A stretch of 62,970 bases of DNA, counting the filler. It is 4 parts of 4 records of this genome, joined end to end, with 100 filler letters (N's around TTAATTAATTAA, not from the genome) between each part and the next. Parts side by side here need not be neighbours in the genome. Positions count along the whole stretch, not along the records: positions 1 to 18,004 come from DRR723986_1316; 3 more parts are not named here. The stretch is one strand, 5' to 3'. The notes below the pieces were generated by a model. It ran no database searches. It saw only the letters and a program-made list of their open reading frames with translations, and was not told the origin of the DNA. Position numbers and translations under genes: made by a program. Of the stretch, positions 1-12,671 are shown piece by piece; positions within the stretch are counted from its first letter, which is position 1; each line of letters opens with the position of its first letter.

Positions 1-987
1 GGCGATCAGGTCACAGCGCACGATACCGCCAAAGATGTTAACCAATACGGCTTTAACGTTGCTGTCTTCGAGGATGATTTTGAAGGCTTCGGTAACGCGC
101 TCTTTGGTCGCGCCGCCACCGACGTCGAGGAAGTTAGCAGGGAAACCGCCGTGCAGGGATACGATGTCCATAGTACCCATCGCCAGGCCGGCACCGTTTA
201 CCATGCAACCAATGTTACCGGTCAGGGCAACGTAGTTCAGGTCCCACTCTGCTGCGCGCGCTTCACGCTCGTCTTCCTGAGAAGGATCGTGCATGGCTTG
301 CAGGTCTTTGTGGCGGTATACCGCGTTGCCGTCGATAACCACTTTGGCGTCCAGGCAGTGCAGGTTGCCTTCAGTGGTGATAACCAGCGGGTTAATTTCC
401 AGCAGCGCCAGATCTTTTTCCTGGAACAGCTTAGCCAGACCCAGGAAGATGTTTACAAACTGCTTAACCTGAGTGGGGTTCAGACCCAGTTGGAAAGCCA
501 GTTCACGGCCCTGGTAAGGCTGAGCGCCAGTCAGGGGATCGATGATTGCTTTGAGAATCTTCTCTGGAGTCTCTTCGGCAACTTTCTCGATTTCAACACC
601 GCCTTCGGTAGAGGCCATGAAGACGATACGGCGAGTACCGCGGTCAAGCACGGCGCCCAGGTAGAGTTCCTGGTCGATATCGGTGCAAGACTCAACCAGG
701 ATTTTAGAAACTGGCTGACCATTTTCGTCTGTTTGGTAGGTAACCAGGTTCTTGCCCAGCCACTGCTCTGCAAACGCCTTAATTTCGTCGGTGCTGCTGA
801 CCAGCTTTACGCCACCAGCTTTACCACGGCCACCAGCGTGGACTTGAGCTTTTACAACCCACTTGTCTCCGCCGATTTTTTCAGCCGCAGCAGCGGCCTC
901 TTCCGGGGTATCACAGGCGTAGCCTTTAGACACAGGCAGCCCGTATTCAGCAAACAGTTGTTTGCCTTGGTACTCGTGAAGGTTCAT
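1..987 (-). CDS. sucC: Succinyl-CoA synthetase beta subunit (3' end truncated by window edge)
   Basis: Not in the ORF track. Manual minus-strand translation from the ATG at 987 gives [20 protein letters not shown], the canonical SucC N-terminus. It lies directly downstream of sucA-sucB-lpdA. Confidence 0.96.
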   Translation of the reverse strand, partial: MNLHEYQGKQLFAEYGLPVSKGYACDTPEEAAAAAEKIGGDKWVVKAQVHAGGRGKAGGVKLVSSTDEIKAFAEQWLGKNLVTYQTDENGQPVSKILVESCTDIDQELYLGAVLDRGTRRIVFMASTEGGVEIEKVAEETPEKILKAIIDPLTGAQPYQGRELAFQLGLNPTQVKQFVNIFLGLAKLFQEKDLALLEINPLVITTEGNLHCLDAKVVIDGNAVYRHKDLQAMHDPSQEDEREARAAEWDLNYVALTGNIGCMVNGAGLAMGTMDIVSLHGGFPANFLDVGGGATKERVTEAFKIILEDSNVKAVLVNIFGGIVRCDLIA

Positions 988-1125
988 GTTGGATTTACCA
1001 TCTCGGTCTGTGGAAGTGTTAAGCGGGCAATACGCTGTCAGTGAATGGCCCGCTCCCTCTGCACATTGCGGCACGCCGCAAAATTCGGGTCAGTATTTTC
1101 CCGAATTTTGCGAACTACCGCAAAT

Positions 1126-2580
<1,455 letters not shown>

Positions 2581-2615
2581 CTAAACCATGGATTCCATTG
2601 ACGCTAGCAGCGGTC

Positions 2616-3809
2616 TTAAACCTCAAGCAGAATGCGCGCAGGATCTTCGATAAGGTCCTTAATGGTGACCAGGAACTGCACGGCGTCTTTGCCGTCGATC
2701 AAGCGGTGATCGTAAGACAGCGCCAAGTACATCATGGGAAGCACTTCAACCTGACCATTCACAGCCATCGGGCGCTCCTGGATTTTGTGCATACCCAAAA
2801 TGGCCGTTTGCGGCGGATTCAGAATGGGCGTCGACAAAAGCGAACCAAACACACCACCGTTGGTAATGGTGAAGGTTCCACCGGTCATGTCTTCGATACC
2901 GAGCTTGCCGTCGCGAGCGCGCAAGCCGAAGTCGCGTACTTTGTCTTCGATCTTGGCCAGGCTCATGTGGTCGGCATCACGCAATACCGGCACTACCAGG
3001 CCTTTATCGGTCGAAACCGCCACACCAACATCCTGGTAACCGTGGTAAACGATATCGTCGCCGTCGATCGAGGCATTCACTGCGGGGAAGCGTTTCAGCG
3101 CTTCGCAAGCTGCCTTAACGAAGAAACCCATAAAGCCCAAGCGCGTGCCATTGTGGCTCTTTTCAAACAGGTCTTTGTACTGTTTGCGCAGCTCCATCAC
3201 TGGCTTCATATTGACCTCGTTAAAGGTCGTGAGCATCGCTGTGGTCTGGCTGGCTTCAAGCAGGCGCTCGGCAATGCGCTTACGCAGGCGGGTCATCGCC
3301 ACACGTTTTTCAACACGCTCACCGGCAGGCACATCTACCTCGGCTGCGGGTGCAGGTGCTGCAGCGGCCGGTTTAGCAGCTGGCGCCTGGTAATTCATCA
3401 CATCTTCTTTCGTGATCAGGCCACCTTTGCCGGTGCCTTTTACGGCGCTGGCATCAATGCCCTTTTCTTCCAGCGCTTTGCGCGCCGCCGGGCTGATCTT
3501 CAGATCTTCACTGGCGGCAGGTGCTTGCGCTGCCTCGGGTGCGCTCTCCGCTTTGGGGGCTTCCCCTGCGGCGCCCTCTTCAAACACGGCCACGACTTCG
3601 TCGCTCAATACCGTGTCGCCTTCATTTTTGATAATTTCCTTCAACACACCGTCGGCTGGTGCAACAACCTCGAGCACGACTTTGTCGGTTTCGATGTCTA
3701 CCAGCGGCTCGTCGCGGCTTACCGCCTCACCGACTTGTTTATGCCATGTTGCAATAGAGCCATCAGCAACAGATTCTGGAAACGTTGGCGCTTTGATTTC
3801 AGTACTCAT
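2616..3809 (-). CDS. sucB: 2-oxoglutarate dehydrogenase E2 (dihydrolipoyl succinyltransferase)
   Basis: Lipoyl domain IETDKVV, E3-binding SPAARK...GTGKGG and catalytic YDHRLIDG. Confidence 0.97.
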   Translation of the reverse strand: MSTEIKAPTFPESVADGSIATWHKQVGEAVSRDEPLVDIETDKVVLEVVAPADGVLKEIIKNEGDTVLSDEVVAVFEEGAAGEAPKAESAPEAAQAPAASEDLKISPAARKALEEKGIDASAVKGTGKGGLITKEDVMNYQAPAAKPAAAAPAPAAEVDVPAGERVEKRVAMTRLRKRIAERLLEASQTTAMLTTFNEVNMKPVMELRKQYKDLFEKSHNGTRLGFMGFFVKAACEALKRFPAVNASIDGDDIVYHGYQDVGVAVSTDKGLVVPVLRDADHMSLAKIEDKVRDFGLRARDGKLGIEDMTGGTFTITNGGVFGSLLSTPILNPPQTAILGMHKIQERPMAVNGQVEVLPMMYLALSYDHRLIDGKDAVQFLVTIKDLIEDPARILLEV

Positions 3810-3864
3810 TTTTCATCCTGTCGTTAGTTCGCTGCACGCGTCTATGGTTATGCGCTGGTCCGGC

Positions 3865-6699
3865 CTAAAGTTTCAAAGCCTGACTGATGAATTTTTCTTG
3901 CTGCTCAATGTGCAAGGCCATGTAGCCCGCAGCCGGCGACGCTGACGGTTCGCGACCGACGTAGCCCAACAGCAAATTCTTCTCGGGTTTAAAGCTGCGA
4001 ATTACCCTCGCCATACGGTGGCGACTGTTGTACCACGCCCCTTGGTTGCGCGGCTCTTCCTGACACCAAACCACTTTCTTCAGGTTTGGATACTGCGCAA
4101 TAACTTCACGCAGATCGTCGTAGGGGAAGGGATAAAGCTGCTCTAAACGAACAATAGCGATAGAGTCTTTGCCATGCTCACGGCGAGCGTCGCGCAGGTC
4201 GTAATAGACCTTGCCGCTACACAACACCATGCGCGTCACTTTTGACTTATCGATATCGTCGGTTTCATCAATCACATTCTGGAACTGGCCATCCGTCAGC
4301 TCTTCCAGCGTTGATACCGCTTCCTTGTGGCGCAGCAGACTCTTCGGTGACATAACCACCAGTGGGCGGCGCAGCGGGCGGATAACCTGGCGGCGTAACA
4401 TATGGAACACCTGCGCCGGCGTAGAGGGCACACACACTTGAATGTTGTGCTCGGCACACAATTGCAGGAAGCGTTCTAAGCGAGCAGATGAATGCTCAGG
4501 CCCCTGGCCTTCATAGCCGTGGGGTAACAACATGGTGAGACCGCATAAACGGCCCCATTTCAGCTCACCACTGCTGATGAACTGGTCGATTACCACCTGT
4601 GCGCCGTTGGCGAAATCACCAAACTGCGCTTCCCAGATCACCAATGCATTGGGCTGGGTGGTCGCGTAACCGTATTCAAACGCTAGTACCGCCTCTTCGG
4701 ACAATAGCGAGTCGTAAATATCAAACGACGGCTGATCATCACTCACGTGTTGCAGTGGCACATAACGGCTGGCGTCTGTTTGGTTGTGCAATACCGCGTG
4801 GCGGTGCGAGAAGGTTCCGCGTCCCACGTCTTGCCCGGTAAGGCGAACCTGGTGGCCAGCATTGAGCAGGGAACCGTAGGCCAGCGTTTCGGCAAAGCCC
4901 CAGTTGATTGGCATGGCGCCGACAGCCATTTTGCGGCGATCTTCGTAGATCTTCGCCACTTGGCGCTGCACGCTAAAGGCCTCTGGCACGGCGTTAACCG
5001 CCTCTGCCACTTCTTTGAGTTCTTTGGCGTCGATGCGGGTATCACCCGAGACATCCCACGCATGTCCAAGATACGGCGTCCAATCGACAAACAGCTCGGT
5101 ATTGGGTTCTTTCACTAAGCTCTTGGCAACGTGCTGACCGTCGTCCAGGGCCTGACGGTATTCAGAGGCCATTTTATCGGCAAGCGCTTTGTCGATAGTG
5201 CCATCGTCAAGCAGTTTGTTGACGTAGAGCTCACGCGTGCTCTTTTGCTTGCTGATTTGCTTGTACATCAGCGGCTGGGTGCCTGACGGCTCGTCCGCTT
5301 CGTTGTGACCGCGACGGCGGTAGCAGATCAAATCGACCACCACGTCTTTCTTGAATTCCTGACGGAAGTCGGCGGCCAACTGCGACACGAACAACACCGC
5401 TTCGGGATCGTCACCGTTAACGTGGAAAATCGGCGCCTGTACCATTTTTGCGACGTCAGTACAGTATTCCGTGGAGCGCGCGTCTTCCTGCAAGCTGGTG
5501 GTGAAGCCCACTTGGTTGTTGATGACGACGTGGATCGTGCCACCGGTTTTGTAAGCGCGGGTCTGGGACATCTGGAATGTCTCCATGACCACACCCTGAC
5601 CGGCAAAGGCCGCATCGCCGTGGAGTACTATCGGCACGACCTTTTCACCGACGGGATCAAAACGACGATCCTGCCGTGCACGCACAGAGCCCTCGACCAC
5701 TGGCGATACAATTTCCAAGTGAGACGGGTTGAAGGCCAGTGCCAAATGCACTTCCCCGCCCGGGGTCATCACGTTGGAAGAAAAGCCCTGGTGGTATTTA
5801 ACGTCGGCCGAGCCCTGGTATTGAACCTTGCCCTCGAACTCGTCGAAAAGTTCGGCGGGGTTCTTGCCCAGAATATTGACCAATACATTGAGTCGACCGC
5901 GGTGGGCCATACCAATGACAATTTCTTTGGCGCCGTATTCGCCGCCGCGCTGGATCATGGCGTCGATCATTGGGATCAGGCTCTCGCCGCCTTCCAGGCC
6001 AAAGCGCTTGGTACCGGGGTATTTTGAACCCAGCGATTTCTCCAGCCCCTCTGCGGCAGTCAAGCGCTCCAGCAGATGGCTGCGCGCCTCAAAACCGTAT
6101 TCCGGCTTTGAACGTACACTCTCCATACGCTGCTGAATCCATGCACGCTCGCGGGTATCCACAATGTGCATGAACTCGGCGCCGACTGAGCGACAGTAGG
6201 TTTCACGCAGCGAGTCGTAGATCTCGCGAAGCGTCGCTTGGTCTTTACCGATGTACAGACTACCCGTCTGGAATACGGTATCGAAGTCCGCTTCGCTGAG
6301 CTGGTGATATTGCAGCTCCAAATCGGGTACGCCCGGGCGCTGCCACAGGTTCAGCGGATCGAGCTGTGCTTCCTGGTGGCCCCGCTGGCGATACGCGCTG
6401 ACGAGCTGGATAACCCGTACCTGCTTGCGCTCATGCTCGCTGACCTCGCTACTGGCCGAGGCAGCGGCGCGAACCGGCTGTTTGGCTAACTGAGCGAAGT
6501 GATCTCGGATCGGAGAATGAGGGATATCGCGAATAGCGGATTCGCTGACGCGAGGGAGCTGTTGAAAATAGTTTCGCCATTCCTCGGGAACAGCATTGGG
6601 ATCAGTGAGGTAGGTTTCGTACAGGTCTTCGACGTAACCCGCATTTCCACCAGATATGTGGGAGCTCTTCCAAAGAAGCTCCATTGACGCTTTCTGCAT
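3865..6699 (-). CDS. sucA: 2-oxoglutarate dehydrogenase E1
   Basis: Motifs KRFGLEGGE, GMAHRGRLN, TPP motif HGDAAFAGQG, WEAQFGDF and GPEHSSARLERFLQ. Start moved to the ATG at 6699 (MQKASMELLW), which follows a purine-rich RBS. Confidence 0.97.
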   Translation of the reverse strand: MQKASMELLWKSSHISGGNAGYVEDLYETYLTDPNAVPEEWRNYFQQLPRVSESAIRDIPHSPIRDHFAQLAKQPVRAAASASSEVSEHERKQVRVIQLVSAYRQRGHQEAQLDPLNLWQRPGVPDLELQYHQLSEADFDTVFQTGSLYIGKDQATLREIYDSLRETYCRSVGAEFMHIVDTRERAWIQQRMESVRSKPEYGFEARSHLLERLTAAEGLEKSLGSKYPGTKRFGLEGGESLIPMIDAMIQRGGEYGAKEIVIGMAHRGRLNVLVNILGKNPAELFDEFEGKVQYQGSADVKYHQGFSSNVMTPGGEVHLALAFNPSHLEIVSPVVEGSVRARQDRRFDPVGEKVVPIVLHGDAAFAGQGVVMETFQMSQTRAYKTGGTIHVVINNQVGFTTSLQEDARSTEYCTDVAKMVQAPIFHVNGDDPEAVLFVSQLAADFRQEFKKDVVVDLICYRRRGHNEADEPSGTQPLMYKQISKQKSTRELYVNKLLDDGTIDKALADKMASEYRQALDDGQHVAKSLVKEPNTELFVDWTPYLGHAWDVSGDTRIDAKELKEVAEAVNAVPEAFSVQRQVAKIYEDRRKMAVGAMPINWGFAETLAYGSLLNAGHQVRLTGQDVGRGTFSHRHAVLHNQTDASRYVPLQHVSDDQPSFDIYDSLLSEEAVLAFEYGYATTQPNALVIWEAQFGDFANGAQVVIDQFISSGELKWGRLCGLTMLLPHGYEGQGPEHSSARLERFLQLCAEHNIQVCVPSTPAQVFHMLRRQVIRPLRRPLVVMSPKSLLRHKEAVSTLEELTDGQFQNVIDETDDIDKSKVTRMVLCSGKVYYDLRDARREHGKDSIAIVRLEQLYPFPYDDLREVIAQYPNLKKVVWCQEEPRNQGAWYNSRHRMARVIRSFKPEKNLLLGYVGREPSASPAAGYMALHIEQQEKFISQALKL

Positions 6700-6963
6700 T
6701 CCTGTCCACCTAATAACGAGAGGCGTGGCTGCCGGATGCTGCATCGCCCGATAAGGCGTTTTGCATCGTCTTACGCCCGCAGCGCTCAGTGTACGCCGCG
6801 AGGCCGGCTTAAACCACAGGCCTTAGCCAATCCCTCTCAATACGTTTTTTATCTCGCTAGTGCCGGTAAGCACCGAGTTGTATTTTGTTCCGGTGTCACG
6901 TTGTGACACCAAAGGACACAATACGCGCAGATTTTAGCCCTATCTTCGCAGGGTCTAATAAGT

Positions 6964-6981
6964 GGGGCTCTCTCGAGCCCC
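6964..6981 (-). terminator. Short GC hairpin just downstream of sdhB
   Basis: GGGGCTC-tctc-GAGCCCC stem followed on the minus strand by ACTTATT, a weak U-tract. Confidence 0.4.
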
Positions 6982-6988
6982 TCAGCGA

Positions 6989-7705
6989 TTAGCTCGCCCG
7001 ATTCAGCAACATGTTGCGAATATGGCCGATAGCCCGGGTTGGGTTCAAGCCTTTAGGGCAAACATTGACACAGTTTTGAATGCCGTGGCAACGGAAGACG
7101 CTAAAAGGATCGTCCAGTTCGCTCAAACGCTGTTCAGTTGCCGTGTCGCGGCTATCCGCAAGGAAGCGGTAAGCTTGCAACAGGCCGCTGGGGCCGATGA
7201 AGCGGTCCGGGTTCCACCAGAAAGACGGGCAAGCCGTTGAACAACATGCACAGAGAATACACTCGTACAGGCCGTCGAGCTTGGCGCGCTCTTCAGGTGA
7301 TTGCAGACGCTCGATCGCGGGCGCTGGCGTGTTGTTAATCAGGTAAGGCTTGATCTTCTCATATTGCTTGTAGAACAAGCTCATATCAATGATCAAGTCA
7401 CGGATTACGGGCAAGCCGGGCAGCGGGCGCAGCACCAGGGTGTTACCACCCTTGCCGTTTTTCAAGGCTTCCGAAATTGGCGTAATACACGCCAAACCGT
7501 TTTTACCATTGATGTTCATACCATCGGAACCGCAGACACCTTCGCGGCAAGAGCGGCGGTAGGTCAGCGAAGGGTCCTTCGCTTTCAGCAGTTCCAATAC
7601 GTCGAGTACCATCAGGTCTTTGCCGCCGGTGTCGAGTTCGACATCCTGCATGTACGGCTCCTGATCGACTTCAGGATTGTAGCGATAGAGACTGACTTTC
7701 AACAT
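6989..7705 (-). CDS. sdhB: Succinate dehydrogenase iron-sulfur subunit
   Basis: Cysteine motifs SCREGVCGSD, CILCACCSTACP and CHGIQNCVNVCP. Confidence 0.97.
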   Translation of the reverse strand: MLKVSLYRYNPEVDQEPYMQDVELDTGGKDLMVLDVLELLKAKDPSLTYRRSCREGVCGSDGMNINGKNGLACITPISEALKNGKGGNTLVLRPLPGLPVIRDLIIDMSLFYKQYEKIKPYLINNTPAPAIERLQSPEERAKLDGLYECILCACCSTACPSFWWNPDRFIGPSGLLQAYRFLADSRDTATEQRLSELDDPFSVFRCHGIQNCVNVCPKGLNPTRAIGHIRNMLLNRAS

Positions 7706-7722
7706 TTTCTCTTCTCCCCTGA

Positions 7723-9495
7723 TCAGTAGGTGCGTACTTTAGGCGCGAAAGCTTCGCGGGTTTTCGGCGCGAAGTTAACCGCACGCTTACCAACACGCTT
7801 CTCGCCAGGGAAGTACATGGAATGACACAGCCAATTCTCATCGTCGCGATCTTGGAAATCTTCGCGAGCATGAGCACCGCGGCTTTCCTTGCGCTCCTCA
7901 GCGGCGATAGCCGTTGCTTCGGCCACCTCAAAGAGGTTTTGCAGTTCAAGCGCTTCGATACGCGCTGTGTTATACGCGTTGCTCTTGTCTTCCAGATGCG
8001 CGTTTTCAATGCGACCACGAAGATCTGCCAATTTCTTCACGCCCTCTTGCATGAAGTCACCGCGGCGGAATACACCGAAGTGGTTCTGCATGACGTTTTG
8101 TAGCTCGGTACGCAGATCGGCAACTTTCTCGCCGCCTTTGCTGTTGTTAACGCGGTTCAAACGCTCGTTGGCCTGCTCGAGATCGCTCTCTGAGGCGTCG
8201 CGCATATCGATGCCTTCGCGCAGTGCTTTCTCAATAAACAGACCTGAAGCGCGACCAAATACCACCAGATCAAGCAGCGAGTTACCACCCAGGCGGTTCG
8301 CGCCGTGTACCGATACACAGGCCACTTCACCACAGGCGTACAAGCCGGGAATCACTTGGTCGTTGCCGCTGGCGTCAACCGTCAATGCCTGGCCGTGAAT
8401 ATTGGTGGGAATACCGCCCATCATGTAGTGACAGGTTGGTACCACAGGCACTGGCTCTTTAACTGGGTCAGCGTGGGCGAAGGTGCGGCTCAGCTCACAA
8501 ATACCTGGCAGGCGGCTTTCCAGCACTTCCTCGCCAAGGTGGTCGAGCTTGAGGAATACGTGGTCGCCATTGGGGCCACAGCCACGGCCTTCGAGAATTT
8601 CCAGTGTCATTGAGCGAGCAACAACGTCGCGGCCGGCCAAGTCTTTGGCATTCGGCGCGTAACGCTCCATAAAGCGCTCGCCATCTTTATTGATCAGATA
8701 GCCACCTTCACCACGGCAGCCTTCTGTTACCAGAACCCCTGCGCCGGCAATGCCGGTGGGGTGGAACTGCCACATCTCAATGTCTTGTACAGGGAAGCCA
8801 GCACGCAGGGCCATGCCCACGCCGTCGCCCGTATTGATGTGAGCGTTAGTGGTAGATGCGTAGATACGCCCTGCACCACCGGTCGCGAATACGGTTGCTT
8901 TCGCCTTCACGTAGACAACTTCACCGGTTTCGATGCAGATCGCCATCACACCGACAACTGCGCCGTCTTGGTTCTTTACAATGTCAGTGGCGAACCACTC
9001 ATTAAAGAACACGGTGTTGTTCTTTAGGTTGCCCTGATAAAGGGTGTGCAGCAGAGCGTGACCGGTACGGTCAGCTGCTGCGCATGTCCGCGCCGCCTGA
9101 CCGCCTTCACCGAAATTTTTAGATTGACCGCCGAAGGGACGCTGATAGATACGACCTTCTTCTGTACGCGAGAACGGCAAACCCATGTGATCCAGCTCGA
9201 AAACCGCTTCTGGGCCAACGCTGGTCATGTATTCGATAGCGTCTTGGTCACCGATGTAGTCAGACCCTTTAACGGTATCGTACATGTGCCACTGCCACTG
9301 ATCCTGAGGGTCGGCACTCGCGATCGCGCAAGTGATACCACCCTGGGCTGATACTGTGTGAGAGCGCGTAGGGAATACTTTAGAAATTACCGCAGTTTTG
9401 TAGCCTGACTGGGCCAACTGCAGTGCAGCGCGCATACCTGCGCCACCACCGCCGACGATAACGCCGTCAAAGGTAATAGTACGAACATTAGCCAT
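7723..9495 (-). CDS. sdhA: Succinate dehydrogenase flavoprotein subunit
   Basis: GGGGAG, covalent-FAD motif [10 protein letters not shown] and [13 protein letters not shown]. Confidence 0.97.
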   Translation of the reverse strand: MANVRTITFDGVIVGGGGAGMRAALQLAQSGYKTAVISKVFPTRSHTVSAQGGITCAIASADPQDQWQWHMYDTVKGSDYIGDQDAIEYMTSVGPEAVFELDHMGLPFSRTEEGRIYQRPFGGQSKNFGEGGQAARTCAAADRTGHALLHTLYQGNLKNNTVFFNEWFATDIVKNQDGAVVGVMAICIETGEVVYVKAKATVFATGGAGRIYASTTNAHINTGDGVGMALRAGFPVQDIEMWQFHPTGIAGAGVLVTEGCRGEGGYLINKDGERFMERYAPNAKDLAGRDVVARSMTLEILEGRGCGPNGDHVFLKLDHLGEEVLESRLPGICELSRTFAHADPVKEPVPVVPTCHYMMGGIPTNIHGQALTVDASGNDQVIPGLYACGEVACVSVHGANRLGGNSLLDLVVFGRASGLFIEKALREGIDMRDASESDLEQANERLNRVNNSKGGEKVADLRTELQNVMQNHFGVFRRGDFMQEGVKKLADLRGRIENAHLEDKSNAYNTARIEALELQNLFEVAEATAIAAEERKESRGAHAREDFQDRDDENWLCHSMYFPGEKRVGKRAVNFAPKTREAFAPKVRTY

Positions 9496-9498
9496 TAC

Positions 9499-9870
9499 TT
9501 AACTCCACAGAATCTGGATGCCCCAAACGAGGTAGGTGAACAGAACAACTGCTGATGCAGCCTGAAACGCCAGGCGCAAGACAAGACCCTTGCCACCCAT
9601 CATACGCTCGGTCAGGTAGTCAGTAGACACCGCCCACAAACCTATCCACGCGTGAGCAATTACCGACAGCACCGCTGCAGTACTAAAGACACGCATAAAT
9701 GTCGAGGCAAAGAACGCGCTCCACTGGGCGTAATCCATCGTGCTGCCTTCGCAAACCAAGTAGCCACCTACGACTAAGAAGTAAGCCAGCAGAACAACAC
9801 CGGATACTCGCTGAACCAGCCAGTCTGAAAGACCGCTGCGACCAAAACTTGTTACTGATTTAACTACCAT
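9499..9870 (-). CDS. sdhD: Succinate dehydrogenase hydrophobic anchor
   Basis: GRSGLSDWLVQR, HAWIGLW...TDY and three TM segments. The start overlaps the end of sdhC; the ORF could extend to 9876. Confidence 0.93.
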   Translation of the reverse strand: MVVKSVTSFGRSGLSDWLVQRVSGVVLLAYFLVVGGYLVCEGSTMDYAQWSAFFASTFMRVFSTAAVLSVIAHAWIGLWAVSTDYLTERMMGGKGLVLRLAFQAASAVVLFTYLVWGIQILWS

Positions 9871-10238
9871 ACCCATAACCCCGTCAGTACAACCAGAACC
9901 GCTGTAGTCAGCAGCACCAGCTTGGACCCTCTCTCGCCACCTTCCATAGACTCACCGATACCGGCGTCCATGACCAAATGCTTCACTCCCGCAGCAGCGT
10001 GGTAACTAATGCCCACTAATACTGCCCAGACGATCAGCTTGCCCCAGAACGATGACAAACACTCTTTGGCTTGAGCGAAACCTTCTGGACCACTGAGGCT
10101 AGTGCCCAGCAACCAGAATAAGACGGCCATACCGGCCACTAGGAAAACACCACTGACGCGGTGCATGATTGAGGTATATGCGGTAATCGGCAGTGCGATT
10201 GTCCCGATATCCAGGTTCACAGGTCGTTTATCGTTCAC
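9864..10238 (-). CDS. sdhC: Succinate dehydrogenase cytochrome b556 subunit
   Basis: KRPVNLD, SIMHRVSG and YHAAAGVKHL. Probable GTG start at 10238; the ORF is open to 10250. Confidence 0.93.
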   Translation of the reverse strand: MNDKRPVNLDIGTIALPITAYTSIMHRVSGVFLVAGMAVLFWLLGTSLSGPEGFAQAKECLSSFWGKLIVWAVLVGISYHAAAGVKHLVMDAGIGESMEGGERGSKLVLLTTAVLVVLTGLWVW

Positions 10239-10595
10239 GGTTTTCCACACTTTATTTCAGGCCCTTTTACTACGGGCGGTTCAACGGAAGTGGATCTATC
10301 AAGTTTGCCGGGCTCTCCTTCCCGGGCTTCTTCCTAAGAGGTGCAAGCACTGGGGCTCGAGAAGAAACGCCGCGCATTATAGGGCTATACATACGCAATT
10401 ACAAACACGCCTTTAGTCGAAATTACCCTCCAAAAAAGCGCTATATCAAGGGTTTGCGGGACTATTTCGCGCCATTATGGCGCCATAAGATTTGCGGCGC
10501 ACCAAAACCGCGCACGCATCGACGGGGGCAGCATAAAGTACAGAAAACATCAAACATTCCCACGGCCGCAATCACAGGGTAAAATGTGGTCAGCG

Positions 10596-10623
10596 TTGAC
10601 AAAACGTTTTAGCTCTCTATATT
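10596..10623 (+). promoter_or_regulatory. Sigma70-like promoter for gltA
   Basis: TTGACA (10596-10601), 16-nt spacer, TATATT (10618-10623), about 120 nt upstream of gltA. Confidence 0.6.
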
Positions 10624-10745
10624 TGTGACTCCCTAATTTTGCAGGGAGCCTTTCTGCCTGTTGCGCTCAGCATCACCACGCCGATTGTCAGACAGCAGAA
10701 ACCACCGCCACAAGCTATGAAAAGAAAGTAACAGGAGCCCGTCAA

Positions 10746-12029
10746 ATGAGCGATAAGAAAGCCACTCTGAGTATCGATGGCAAAACGCTGGAGTTGAATG
10801 TCCATTCCGGCACCATTGGCCCGGACGTGATTGAAGTTAGCCCCCTGACGGGTAACGGATATTTCACCTACGACCCCGGTTTTGTTTCCACCGCAGCCTG
10901 CGAATCAAAAATCACCTATATCGATGGTAATGCAGGTGTTCTGCTTCACGGCGGTTACCCCATCGAACAACTGGCAGAACAGTCAGATTACCTGGAAACC
11001 TGTTACCTCCTGCTCTACGGCAAGCTCCCCAACCAAACTGAAAAAGAGACCTTCGTCAACAAAGTGCGCATGCACACCATGGTCAACGACCAGATGAGCA
11101 CGTTCTTCAAAGGCTTCCGCCGCGACGCTCACCCAATGGCAATTATGTGTGGCGTAGTTGGCGCCCTGTCAGCGTTCTACCACGACTCTCTGGACATTGC
11201 TGACGAACACCATCGCGAAATTTCTGCAATTCGACTCATTGCAAAAATGCCAACACTGGCTGCCATGACCTACAAGTACACTATCGGCCAGCCCTTCATG
11301 TACCCGCAGAATCACCTGAGCTACTCAGAAAACTTCCTGCACATGATGTTCGGCAATCCCTGCGAGCCGAGCAATGTTAATCCTGTGCTGGCTAAGGCCA
11401 TGGACAAGATTTTCCTGCTGCACGCTGATCACGAGCAGAATGCTTCTACCTCTACTGTGCGTTTGGCTGGCTCGACTGGCGCCAACCCCTTCGCCTGTAT
11501 TTCTGCTGGCATCGCGGCCCTGTGGGGACCTTCTCACGGCGGCGCGAACGAAGCTGTTCTGGATATGCTGGAAGAAATCGGCGATGCCTCACGCATCGAC
11601 GAGTTTGTTGCCCGCGCTAAAGACAAGAACGACCCATTCCGCCTGATGGGCTTTGGTCACCGTGTTTACAAAAACTTTGACCCACGCGCCAAGGTAATGA
11701 AGCAAGCAGCTGATGAAGTACTGGCTGAGCTTGGTTTGGAAAATGACCCTCTGCTGAAGATTGCCAAGCGCCTTGAGCAAATCGCCCTGGAAGATGAATA
11801 CTTCGTTGAGAAGAAGCTCTACCCCAACGTAGACTTCTATTCAGGCATCATCCTCAAAGCGATCGGCATCCCAACCAGCATGTTCACCGTTATCTTTGCA
11901 CTGGGTCGTACCCCAGGCTGGATCGCGCACTGGAACGAGATGATCAGCGGCGCCTACCGCATCGGTCGCCCACGTCAGTTGTATACTGGCCCGGAAAAAC
12001 GCGATTTCGTCCCACTGGACAAGCGCTAA
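10746..12029 (+). CDS. gltA: Type II citrate synthase
   Basis: [28 protein letters not shown] and YPNVDFYSG. Divergent from sdhC and preceded by an AGGAG RBS. Confidence 0.97.
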   Translation: MSDKKATLSIDGKTLELNVHSGTIGPDVIEVSPLTGNGYFTYDPGFVSTAACESKITYIDGNAGVLLHGGYPIEQLAEQSDYLETCYLLLYGKLPNQTEKETFVNKVRMHTMVNDQMSTFFKGFRRDAHPMAIMCGVVGALSAFYHDSLDIADEHHREISAIRLIAKMPTLAAMTYKYTIGQPFMYPQNHLSYSENFLHMMFGNPCEPSNVNPVLAKAMDKIFLLHADHEQNASTSTVRLAGSTGANPFACISAGIAALWGPSHGGANEAVLDMLEEIGDASRIDEFVARAKDKNDPFRLMGFGHRVYKNFDPRAKVMKQAADEVLAELGLENDPLLKIAKRLEQIALEDEYFVEKKLYPNVDFYSGIILKAIGIPTSMFTVIFALGRTPGWIAHWNEMISGAYRIGRPRQLYTGPEKRDFVPLDKR

Positions 12030-12033
12030 AAAC

Positions 12034-12063
12034 AAAAAACCCTGCCTCGGCAGGGTTTTTTTT
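12034..12063. terminator. Bidirectional rho-independent terminator
   Basis: AAAAAACCCTGCC-TC-GGCAGGGTTTTTTTT between the convergent gltA and hypothetical gene. Confidence 0.9.
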
Positions 12064-12092
12064 GCTCAACGTTTCTGACTTTGCCAGCGTGC

Positions 12093-12542
12093 CTACGGCG
12101 TTTTGTACTCAAAGCCCATTTCCACACCATCGACCTTTTCATCGTAAGCGTTGAAACTTTTATCCAGCGTTGCATCTTCTTTAAGGTAGATTTTACTTTT
12201 CAGCTTTAATTTTGATTCCGGCTTATCGCCCTCTTCAAACCAACGCTCAACACCATAGCGACTCGTTTGAGGCTCAAATGGCGTCGCGTCCTCTGTGTAA
12301 TCAGCCGGCAAACGCAAATCCAGTGACGGCGCCGAATCCAGTGGTGGCGCAGTTGGCACACCGTCTGCTGTTTTTGTTGCCTGTTTTTGCGATGGCGGAT
12401 TAGCAGTCACCTCGGGGGAGTATTTGCCCTCTGTCATGGGCAGCGGTTCAAGGGGCGCAACGCAACACGCTTGTTGTTGGTAATAAAACCACATTAGACC
12501 TGCCGCCAGCAGCAACAGCGCGATGCCGATTGTACTTTTCAT
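12093..12542 (-). CDS. Hypothetical membrane-anchored or exported protein
   Basis: 149-aa ORF with an N-terminal hydrophobic segment and a GGAGG RBS on the minus strand. No recognised motif. Confidence 0.7.
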   Translation of the reverse strand: MKSTIGIALLLLAAGLMWFYYQQQACCVAPLEPLPMTEGKYSPEVTANPPSQKQATKTADGVPTAPPLDSAPSLDLRLPADYTEDATPFEPQTSRYGVERWFEEGDKPESKLKLKSKIYLKEDATLDKSFNAYDEKVDGVEMGFEYKTP

Positions 12543-12671
12543 CTACCCTCCCTTAACGGCGGCGCACCTATATTGAATAACACCTACGCCCTACTCCTAT
12601 TGGACAATTGACCGCACAGTTTGTCACCGATTAAATGCGCAGAGAATTTAACAAAATAACAGGAGAAATCG

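Noticed and set aside
151-1044. 297-aa plus-strand ORF
   Set aside because: Antisense shadow of sucC, which the ORF track missed because it runs off the window.
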